Source: Candidatus Liptonbacteria bacterium (GTDB lineage Bacteria; Patescibacteriota; Minisyncoccia; UBA6257; 2-01-FULL-56-20). From it: a stretch of DNA of 64,000 bases. Of the stretch, positions 56,953 to 64,000 are shown piece by piece. The stretch lies in assembly GCA_016182105.1 (NCBI GenBank), contig JACOXZ010000011.1:1218-65217 (forward strand), in the 5' to 3' direction. The notes beneath the pieces are model-generated. The model was not told the DNA's origin, ran no database searches, and worked only from the letters and a program-made list of their open reading frames with translations. How positions within the stretch are numbered: position 1 is the stretch's first letter; every line of letters starts with the position of its first letter. The position numbers and the translations under genes were made by a program.

Positions 56953-58497
56953 ATGAAACTACCGACTACTCACTACTCACTACTCACTCGTCGTGGCTTC
57001 AGTCCGGTTGAGGTGATTTTAGCGGGTTCTATCCTGGCTTTGATCGTGACAGCCATTGTGGGCGCCTTGGTTTACGGAAGAGAGGGGACTCAAGTTTCCG
57101 GGAGTAGGGCGAGGGCGATCTTTTTGGCCGATGAGGGGCTTGAGGCTCTTCGCAATATGCGCGATGAAAGCTTTACTAATCTAACCGACGGTCCGCATGG
57201 TCTTGTAACCTCTGGTAGTCAGTGGGTCTTTTCGGGAGTAGAGGACGTGACCGATATTTTTACGAGGCAAATTCAAATCGGGACGATTGATTCAACGACC
57301 AAACAAATCACTTCAACTGTAACCTGGCAGCAGAATCCCCAGCGCCAGGGATCTGTATCTTTGGGGACACGATTGACAAACTGGAAGATTATAGCCGGTT
57401 TTCAGGCTGATAGTCTTTCTGTGAATACTTCAGCTGCCGATGTGGATTCTACAGACAATACGCATGTCATCGGCGTCACTATCGATAACCTTGGTGTCAC
57501 CGATATCACCATCACCCACATGACAGTTTCTTGGAGCGGTGTCTCCGGCGCGACAAGGCTGAACGGCATCACGATCAACGGCACCCAGGTTTTCTCCGGT
57601 AATTCTAACTCAGGCACACTTCTTGATATTGCTGATTTTACTTTGACTGCGGGGGCGGGGAGTTATCCCATCAATTTTTTTGATTTCAATAGGAATATGA
57701 CCAATAGTACCTTGACAGTTGTCTTTACCATGGCTGATGGTTCAACCAAGGAAGTGACCTTTAGTCCGGGTGCCGTGCCGCCGGACACCACCCCGCCGGC
57801 AGCGATTACCAATCTCGCCGTCTCGAATGTGACCTCCAATTCCACCGACCTTTCTTGGACCGCTCCGGGAGACGATGATAACACCGGCACCGCTACCTCC
57901 TACGACGTTCGCTATTCTACCGCTCCGATTACTGATGCCACCTGGTCATCAGCCACCCAGGTGACCGGAGAACCCGCCCCCGCTCCCGCAGGGACAGCTC
58001 AATCCATGACCGTCACAAGCCTATCGCCGTCTACGACTTATTACTTTGCTATTCGAACCGCCGATGAAGTACCAAATATCTCAAGTCTCTCGAATATACC
58101 GAGCGTCACAACGTTAACACCTGCTCAAGCCGATAGTCTTTTGGTGGATACTTCGGCTGTCAATATTAATCCAAGTGATAATACCCAGGTGATCGGTATA
58201 ACCCTTGAGAATACTGGAACCTCGAATATCACCATTACCCAAATGACAGTTTCCTGGAGCGGTGTATCAGGCGGGACAAGATTGAACGGCATCACGATCG
58301 GCGGCACCCAGGTTTTCTCTGGTAATTCTAACTCCGGTACGCTTCTTGATATTACCGATTTCACTTTGACTGCGGGTGCTGGAATTTATCAACTCAATAA
58401 TCTCGACTTCAACCGGAGAATCACCGGAATAACTTTAAGTATTACCTTCACTATGGCTGACGGGTCCACCAAGACGGTAAGCGGCATCACCCCGTAA
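56953..58497 (+). CDS. Pilin-like protein with duplicated beta domain flanking an FN3 domain
   Basis: RRG-FSPVEVIL; two QADSL...MADGSTK repeats; DTTPPAAITNL..LSWTAPGDD..YYFAIR. Confidence 0.8.
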   Translation: MKLPTTHYSLLTRRGFSPVEVILAGSILALIVTAIVGALVYGREGTQVSGSRARAIFLADEGLEALRNMRDESFTNLTDGPHGLVTSGSQWVFSGVEDVTDIFTRQIQIGTIDSTTKQITSTVTWQQNPQRQGSVSLGTRLTNWKIIAGFQADSLSVNTSAADVDSTDNTHVIGVTIDNLGVTDITITHMTVSWSGVSGATRLNGITINGTQVFSGNSNSGTLLDIADFTLTAGAGSYPINFFDFNRNMTNSTLTVVFTMADGSTKEVTFSPGAVPPDTTPPAAITNLAVSNVTSNSTDLSWTAPGDDDNTGTATSYDVRYSTAPITDATWSSATQVTGEPAPAPAGTAQSMTVTSLSPSTTYYFAIRTADEVPNISSLSNIPSVTTLTPAQADSLLVDTSAVNINPSDNTQVIGITLENTGTSNITITQMTVSWSGVSGGTRLNGITIGGTQVFSGNSNSGTLLDITDFTLTAGAGIYQLNNLDFNRRITGITLSITFTMADGSTKTVSGITP

Positions 58498-58502
58498 CAT
58501 TT

Positions 58503-59018
58503 ATGCGTAGAAAGGATACTAGAAACAGGAGAGGTTTTACTCTGGTCGAGCTTATTCTTTATGTAAGCGTGTCCGCATTAGTGGCGCTTGCGGCAGCCGG
58601 GCTCATAGTTATCATTATTCAAGCTCGCGTTAAAAGCCAAACCGTTGCCGAAGTTGAGCAGGTTGGGAGCCATGTGCTGAATCTTATCACCCAAACCGCG
58701 AGAAACTCTCTTCGAATTAATTCACCCCTTCCCGGCGGCTCGAGCAGTGTTTTGTCCCTGGCTAATCAATCCAGTACCAAAAACCCTACTATTTTTGATG
58801 TTCAAAGCAGCACGATTCGAATTACAGAGGGCGCCTATCAGCCAGTGCCGCTTACCTCTTCCCGGCTTTTAGCTTCAAGTCTTTTGTTTCAAAATCTATC
58901 CCGAACCAACACCTCCGGCACCATAAGAATTCAATTTACTTTAACTCACCAAAATCCCGGCAGTCGAAACGAATATGATTACGTAAAAAATTTTTATGGT
59001 TCAGCAACAGTTAGATAG
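58503..59018 (+). CDS. Minor pilin
   Basis: RRG-FTLVELILY. Confidence 0.85.
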   Translation: MRRKDTRNRRGFTLVELILYVSVSALVALAAAGLIVIIIQARVKSQTVAEVEQVGSHVLNLITQTARNSLRINSPLPGGSSSVLSLANQSSTKNPTIFDVQSSTIRITEGAYQPVPLTSSRLLASSLLFQNLSRTNTSGTIRIQFTLTHQNPGSRNEYDYVKNFYGSATVR

Positions 59019-59087
59019 CTTTTAGCTGATAGCTTTTAGAAGTAAAATAACTAAAAGCTAAAAGCTGTAACCTAAAAGCTAGTAATT

Positions 59088-59456
59088 ATGTATATCGAAT
59101 CATTTAAACAATTGACAGTTTGGCAAAAATCGATCCAATTAGTGAAAGAAATTTATAGGGTGACAGACAAATTTCCTGCCTCGGAGATGTACGGCTTAGT
59201 AAGTCAGATGAGAAGAGCGGCAATATCAATTCCTTCAAATATTGCCGAGGGCAAAAAAAGGAAAACGAAGAAAGATTTTCTGCAATTTCTAAGAATAGCC
59301 GATGGTTCCGCCGCTGAGCTAGAGACCCAAATTATTATTGCAAAAGAATTATTTCCAAAATTAGACTTTTCTAAGACAGTATCATTACTAGAGGAGATCC
59401 AAAAAATGTTAATAACCATAATCAAAAAGTTTGAAGGAAATGGTCATGCTGACTAG
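59088..59456 (+). CDS. Four helix bundle protein (23S rRNA IVS protein-like family)
   Basis: SFKQLTVWQKS, FPASEMYGLVSQMRRAAISIPSNIAEG, FLRIADGSAAELETQ. Confidence 0.92.
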   Translation: MYIESFKQLTVWQKSIQLVKEIYRVTDKFPASEMYGLVSQMRRAAISIPSNIAEGKKRKTKKDFLQFLRIADGSAAELETQIIIAKELFPKLDFSKTVSLLEEIQKMLITIIKKFEGNGHAD

Positions 59457-59874
59457 CGGCCTAAAAGCTAAAAGCTATAAGCTAAAAGCTAAGGGTGGTT
59501 ACATCACGCTTTTAATGGTTATTATTGTGGGCGCGATAGGCGTCGCAACCGGCGTCTCTCTTCTTCTTTTAGGCGTCGGTTCATCTCGAAGCAGCTTATC
59601 GTTTGAGAAGTCGAATCAAGCCAAGGCCTTGTCGAATGCCTGCGCGGAGGCAGCACTTGATCAAATAAGAAATTCATCTGCCTTCTCCGGAAGCGCTGGA
59701 TTAACTTTCGGCCGTGGCAGCTGCAGCTATCAGGTTTTAAACTTAGGCGGCCAGAGTCGTTTAATTAACGCTTCAGGCACGGTGGATGAGGTCGTAAGAA
59801 AAATCAAAATAACCCTAAATCAAATCACGCCTAAGATTAACCTTACTTCCTGGCAAGAAGTTTCTGATTTTTAA
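59440..59874 (+). CDS. PilX-like minor pilin
   Basis: KGG-YITLLMVII, QAKALSNACAEAAL, SWQEV; start uncertain. Confidence 0.75.
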   Translation: MVMLTSGLKAKSYKLKAKGGYITLLMVIIVGAIGVATGVSLLLLGVGSSRSSLSFEKSNQAKALSNACAEAALDQIRNSSAFSGSAGLTFGRGSCSYQVLNLGGQSRLINASGTVDEVVRKIKITLNQITPKINLTSWQEVSDF

Positions 59875-59922
59875 TCCACAGAGAAAAATCAGTGAGTTAT
59901 GATATAATTTTTATAAGCCAGA

Positions 59923-60055
59923 CCCCCACACTAATCAGGACTTTGAGTTATGTTCTATGTGTATGTGTTGCGTAGCATGAAAGACAAGAAATTATATAAT
60001 ATAGGTTATACGAATAATCTTAACCGCAGGTTGATAGAACATATTAGTGTGGGGG
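59923..60055. mobile_element. Inverted-repeat element carrying a GIY-YIG 5' fragment
   Basis: Perfect 13 bp TIR CCCCCACACTAAT / ATTAGTGTGGGGG; 59950 onward reads MFYVYVLRSMKDKKLYNIGYTNNLNRRLIEH. Confidence 0.85.
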
Positions 60056-60083
60056 AAAGGTCGCGAGAATTTCAGATTCTAAA

Positions 60084-60557
60084 ATGATAAGTAATTTTTC
60101 TTCGAGACGCGGTTTTACGCTTTTGGAAATCCTGCTTGTAGTGGCTGCCCTGGGAATCCTGGCTGGCATTGTCATTTTGGCGATCAATCCCGGAAAACAG
60201 CTTGGCGACACAAGAAATGCTGCGAGGAAGGTTGACGTGAACACCATTATTAACGGCGTTTATCAGTATTCTCTTGACAATAACGGCAACCTGCCGTCCG
60301 GGCTTTCGACTTCAACTTGTTCGACAGCCACCAATAATATCTGTAAGACTTCAGTTGCAACCTCGAGCTGCACAGGCTTTGTTGACCTTTCGGTTTTGAC
60401 TCAAAACGAGAAATATCTTGTTTCTATTCCTATTGATCCCTCGATTTCGAGTGCCTCAACCGGCACTGGTTATTTCGTAAGAAAGACGGTGAACGGCCGA
60501 GTGGAGGTTTGCGCGCCAAACGCTGAACAAGGAGCCACTGTGAGCGTAATCCGTTGA
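60084..60557 (+). CDS. Type IV pilin (probable major pilin)
   Basis: RRG-FTLLEILLVVAALGILAGIVILAINP. Confidence 0.9.
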   Translation: MISNFSSRRGFTLLEILLVVAALGILAGIVILAINPGKQLGDTRNAARKVDVNTIINGVYQYSLDNNGNLPSGLSTSTCSTATNNICKTSVATSSCTGFVDLSVLTQNEKYLVSIPIDPSISSASTGTGYFVRKTVNGRVEVCAPNAEQGATVSVIR

Positions 60558-60563
60558 GAGGAG

Positions 60564-60680
60564 TCCCGTTAGAAGCAGATCGCGATCTGGGTAAGTCTGC
60601 AGTTCAATTTTATTCACTGTAATGACTATACACTGATAGATGTTGGATTTTTAGCAACGCGATCGCGGCTTCTAACGGGA
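60564..60680. mobile_element. Family A element, opposite orientation
   Basis: Reverse complement aligns with 5925-6025; last A begins the kinase ATG. Confidence 0.85.
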
Positions 60681-62203
60681 TGAAACTACCAACTAAAATC
60701 GCCCTTATTATTTTCTCCGGCGCGACCATCGGCGCTGTCGCGGCCGGTTTTTTGGTGTTTTCTTTCACCCGCTCGGCGCTTCAAGAAACAATCGGCATCC
60801 AGAATATCATCGTTCCTTCTCCGGACGGTTCTTCAACGATTGTTACCTCGCCCGCGAGAGACACGGCTTTGAATTTGGTTTTTCTTTTGATACCCATTTT
60901 CTTCCTAGCGACGAGTGTGGTGATTTTATTCGTTGTTGTCTTCGTGGTGAGGCCGATTACGGTTCTCACGAGAACCGCGAAGGCTATCGCCGGCGGGGAC
61001 ACCAGTTTACGGGCGAAAGTTACCTCCACCGACGAAGTGGGCGAGCTTACCAAGAGCTTTAACGCCATGGCCGAGCGACTGATTAATTTAAGCGAAGAGA
61101 CCAAGGCAATACTAGAGACCCTGCCCGAGCCGCTTTTCGTTTTGACTGAAGACGGGGTCGTTACTTCCGTGAACCGCGCTGCCTCGGAGATGGTCGGCCA
61201 CAGCGAGAAAGAGATGAGGGGACGGCTTTTAAGGGATGTCTTGGCTGGCATCGCGCTTCTCGAGGAAGCCAAAGATGTGGCCTTAAAAATTGAGGAAGGA
61301 GTAGCCGCGGCCAAGCCTATAAAATTCGAGGAAGTCTCTATAAAAAATAAAGTTTTCGAAGTTTTTATAACTCCAGTCAAGGATTATCGGGGTAGAACCT
61401 CTCACGGCGCTGTTATTTTCCATGATATAACCCACATTAAAGAAGTTGATCGTTTGAAAACCGAATTCGTCTCAGTGGCTTCGCACCAGCTCCGAACACC
61501 GCTTACTGCCATTAATTGGTATATAGAAATGCTTTTCTCCGGAGATGCCGGGAGAATCGCGGGAGCCCAAAAGGATTATCTCCAAGAGATTTATGACGCG
61601 AGTAAACGAATGGTCAGGTTAATCAACGACCTTTTAAATGTTTCGCGACTTGATAGCGGCCGCCTCAAGATCGAACCTACGCCGACCCAGCTTGAAGATT
61701 TTATCGATAATGTTTTATCAGAGCTTAGGCCAGTCGCTAAAGAAAAAAATTGCGAGTTGCTTTTCAAAAAACCAAAAACCAGGCTTCCTAAAGTGGACAT
61801 TGATCAAAGTTTGCTCCGGCAGGTGATTCAAAACCTAGTCACGAATTCGATCCGCTATTCAGAGCCGAAGTTGTGTGACACTGCTTTAACTTTGGAAAAA
61901 AGGGATGGCAAGGATTATTTGATTACAATCAAAGACAGTGGCATTGGGATTCCGAGGGAGGTTCAGGCAAGGATTTTTGAGAAGTTTTTCCGGGCTGACA
62001 ATGCCATAAGAGTAGTGGCTGAAGGAACCGGCTTAGGCCTTTATATCGCTAAAATGGTTATCGAAACTTCCGGAGGCAAGATTTGGTTCGAGTCCGAGCC
62101 GGAAAAAGGCCTGCCTGCCGGTAGGCATGGCACGACTTTTTATTTCACAATTCCTCTTACCGGAATGAAAAAGAAGGGGGGAGAGTTAGGGCTTGCGGGG
62201 TAG
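60680..62203 (+). CDS. Sensor histidine kinase (HAMP-PAS-HisKA-HATPase)
   Basis: DEVGELTKSFNAM, ASHQLRTPL, NLVTNSIRY, DSGIGI, GTGLGL. Confidence 0.93.
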   Translation: MKLPTKIALIIFSGATIGAVAAGFLVFSFTRSALQETIGIQNIIVPSPDGSSTIVTSPARDTALNLVFLLIPIFFLATSVVILFVVVFVVRPITVLTRTAKAIAGGDTSLRAKVTSTDEVGELTKSFNAMAERLINLSEETKAILETLPEPLFVLTEDGVVTSVNRAASEMVGHSEKEMRGRLLRDVLAGIALLEEAKDVALKIEEGVAAAKPIKFEEVSIKNKVFEVFITPVKDYRGRTSHGAVIFHDITHIKEVDRLKTEFVSVASHQLRTPLTAINWYIEMLFSGDAGRIAGAQKDYLQEIYDASKRMVRLINDLLNVSRLDSGRLKIEPTPTQLEDFIDNVLSELRPVAKEKNCELLFKKPKTRLPKVDIDQSLLRQVIQNLVTNSIRYSEPKLCDTALTLEKRDGKDYLITIKDSGIGIPREVQARIFEKFFRADNAIRVVAEGTGLGLYIAKMVIETSGGKIWFESEPEKGLPAGRHGTTFYFTIPLTGMKKKGGELGLAG

Positions 62204-62313
62204 CTATTTGCGAGTATCAAAAATTTTCTCCTTGATTTTTGTGCCTTAGGCATAAAATACTAAATTGCAGTGTTATTGTAATCCCGCAAAATTTACCGCG
62301 CAAATAATAAGTG

Positions 62314-62384
62314 CTGCGGGGGAAGGAGTCGGACCTTCATACCGGGATTCAAAGTCCCGTGTCCTACCGTTAGACGACCCCGCA
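62314..62384 (-). tRNA. tRNA-Gln(TTG)
   Basis: TGCGGGG/CCCCGCA acceptor, CGGGA-CT-TTG-AA-TCCCG; T loop reads TCCGACT. Confidence 0.92.
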
Positions 62385-62409
62385 AGTTAACTGTTATAAT
62401 ATCCCAAAC

Positions 62410-62907
62410 ATGAAAAAAGGCAAAAAATCTTTTCTCGTCATTTTCATTTTGGTCGTGGTGGCAGTTGGCCTTCTGGGCTTCAATAATATTTTCAGGCCAG
62501 CTGGTTCTTCGAATAGTTCCGACGAAGACCCGCTCTCGCGCTGCATCCAGCATTTGAGAGGGGGCATGCATATCCATCCGCACCTGACAATTGTGATTGA
62601 TGGCGAGCGGCAAACAATTTCAGGGAATGTCGGAATGTCAATCATGTGTATGCGTCCGGTGCACACTCACGATGTCACCGGGGAGATCCATATCGAACAT
62701 CCTTCTTTCCAAGATTTTACCCTCGGTGATTTTTTCAGCGTTTGGCAAAAACCGTTTTCGAGAGGCCAAATTTTAGACTATTCGCCTAACCTTGAGTATG
62801 AAATTGTGATGACCGTGGACGGCAAGCCCAGCGACGAATTTGAAAACCTGATTTTCAAAGACAAGCAGCAAATCGTGATAGAATACAAAAAAGTCGTAGG
62901 TAAATGA
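62410..62907 (+). CDS. Exported His-rich hypothetical protein
   Basis: N-terminal TM; MHIHPHL, VHTHDVTGEIHIE, FTLGDFF. Confidence 0.75.
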   Translation: MKKGKKSFLVIFILVVVAVGLLGFNNIFRPAGSSNSSDEDPLSRCIQHLRGGMHIHPHLTIVIDGERQTISGNVGMSIMCMRPVHTHDVTGEIHIEHPSFQDFTLGDFFSVWQKPFSRGQILDYSPNLEYEIVMTVDGKPSDEFENLIFKDKQQIVIEYKKVVGK

Positions 62908-62913
62908 AAAGAG

Positions 62914-62953
62914 TTACTATTATTATACCACAATTGCGGTATAATCGTAGTAA
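62914..62953. promoter_or_regulatory. Second copy of the TATAAT-bearing palindrome
   Basis: TTACTATTATTATACCACAATTGCGGTATAATCGTAGTAA. Confidence 0.65.
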
Positions 62954-62973
62954 GGTTTAATAAAAGAAAATGA

Positions 62974-63103
62974 TCCCCCACCTTTCGGAGATTTCTCCCC
63001 GTCATCAAAACGAAGTTTGGACACAAAGCATTTGTTTTCAAGGTCGCCTTAGACTTGAGACCGTGCTTCAGAAAGAAGCGTATGATCTCTGAAAGGTGAG
63101 GGA
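62974..63103. mobile_element. Family C inverted-repeat miniature element
   Basis: TCCCCCACCTTTCGGAGAT...ATCTCTGAAAGGTGAGGGA flanked by TGA repeats inside the sod start ATGA. Confidence 0.85.
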
Positions 63104-63741
63104 TGAAATTTGAATTACCAGCGCTCCCGTATCCATACGACGCACTAGAGCCATTTATTGACGCTCGGACCATGGAGATTCACCACACCAAGCATCACGC
63201 GACATACGTGGCGAAGCTGAACGAGGCCCTGGAAAAACACCCCGCCGTCGCTCACGCTTCGGCGGGCAAGCCCGAGTTCGAAATACTGGAAGGACTTTTG
63301 AAGAATCTCGAGGCGGTTCCAGAAGATATAAGAACCGCAGTCAGGAACCACGGCGGAGGGCACTGGAACCATTCTTTTTTTTGGTTGGTAATGGCTCCAA
63401 ATGCCGGAGGCGAACCGAGCAGCGTCTTAGCTGAAGCAATAAATAATGCTTTCGGCAGTTTTGAAAAATTCAAAGAAAAATTCACTAGCGCTGGTCTTAA
63501 TAGGTTTGGCTCCGGCTGGGCCTGGCTCGTGGCGAGTAACGGCAAGTTAGAAGTTTACAGCACGCCGAATCAAGACAACCCTTTAATGGAAGGAAAAGTT
63601 CCGGTTTTGGGTATCGATGTGTGGGAACATGCGTACTATGTTAAATTTTTATGGAATAGGGCAGAGTATATTAAGACCTGGTGGAACGTCGTTAATTGGC
63701 GACGAATTGAAGAAAATTACAATAAAATTGTGAAAAAATAG
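63103..63741 (+). CDS. sodA: Fe/Mn superoxide dismutase
   Basis: [45 protein letters not shown]. Confidence 0.95.
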   Translation: MKFELPALPYPYDALEPFIDARTMEIHHTKHHATYVAKLNEALEKHPAVAHASAGKPEFEILEGLLKNLEAVPEDIRTAVRNHGGGHWNHSFFWLVMAPNAGGEPSSVLAEAINNAFGSFEKFKEKFTSAGLNRFGSGWAWLVASNGKLEVYSTPNQDNPLMEGKVPVLGIDVWEHAYYVKFLWNRAEYIKTWWNVVNWRRIEENYNKIVKK

Positions 63742-63831
63742 TTTCATAGACGCCTCCGATGTGCCTCGGGTCGCCCCGGAATTCACAGCCGGGACGTTTT
63801 TTTGCGTTTAGCGTGTGTTAAAATTATAGTA

Positions 63832-64000
63832 ATGCCGTTCTTTCGGAGGAGAAAACTAAAACGGAGGATTTTAGACGTCCATTTTAGGCCTTTGCATCAG
63901 CCGAAGAAGATATTTTATAGCCTGCGGCAGGTGGTCTCTGGGTTCTTGGGGAGTGAGGAAATTCTTGATCTTCGCCAGAATGCTTGGAGGCAGCCGGAGT
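63832..64000 (+). CDS. Start of a hypothetical protein (partial)
   Basis: ATG 7 nt after TAAAAT; frame open to the window end. Confidence 0.45.
   Translation, partial: MPFFRRRKLKRRILDVHFRPLHQPKKIFYSLRQVVSGFLGSEEILDLRQNAWRQPE

Noticed and set aside
59088-59456. Four-helix protein as the Avd of a complete DGR
   Set aside because: No reverse transcriptase or template repeat nearby; the sequence fits the stand-alone family.
62326-62332. Non-canonical T loop (TCCGACT) in tRNA-Gln(TTG)
   Set aside because: Single-base deviation with all stems intact; not enough to call a pseudogene or novelty.
5925-63103. Repeats as a CRISPR array
   Set aside because: Copies are dispersed inverted repeats with homologous interiors, not direct repeats with unique spacers; no cas genes.

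Overview
A gene-dense bacterial chromosome segment in the standard genetic code. It is most likely from a Patescibacteria/CPR (Parcubacteria-like) genome, inferred from a short RF1, short EF-Ts, an alpha2-type GlyRS, EF-P with an MQQR loop and almost no Shine-Dalgarno sites. It holds two paralogous type IV pilus/T2SS-like clusters (1.2-8.0 kb and 53.4-62.2 kb), housekeeping genes (dnaX, scpAB, mraY, proS, mreBCD-mrdA, rplU, pyrG, pgk, rnhA, aspS, ndk, prfA, rpsP, efp, mnmA, rpsB, tsf, glyQS, murA, holB, frr, rseP, sod), three tRNAs and RNase P RNA. The unexplained layer is a dense set of small palindromic elements, with no transposase or integrase recognised in the window. (i) Several families of 26-143 bp CCC...GGG inverted-repeat elements often duplicate TGA/TTGA at start codons, stop codons and -35 boxes and rebuild the signal they interrupt; one carries the 5' piece of a GIY-YIG nuclease. 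(ii) An intact GIY-YIG gene is bracketed by a duplicated tRNA 3' end. (iii) Two copies of a multi-stem motif show compensatory base changes. (iv) Hairpins and heptamer arrays sit in frame inside conserved proteins, and one heptamer array brackets a four-helix-bundle gene. (v) Two foreign-looking single-gene cassettes share an RBS and a post-terminator motif; one may be an orphan DGR target. All mechanisms are inference; no database searches or computations were run.
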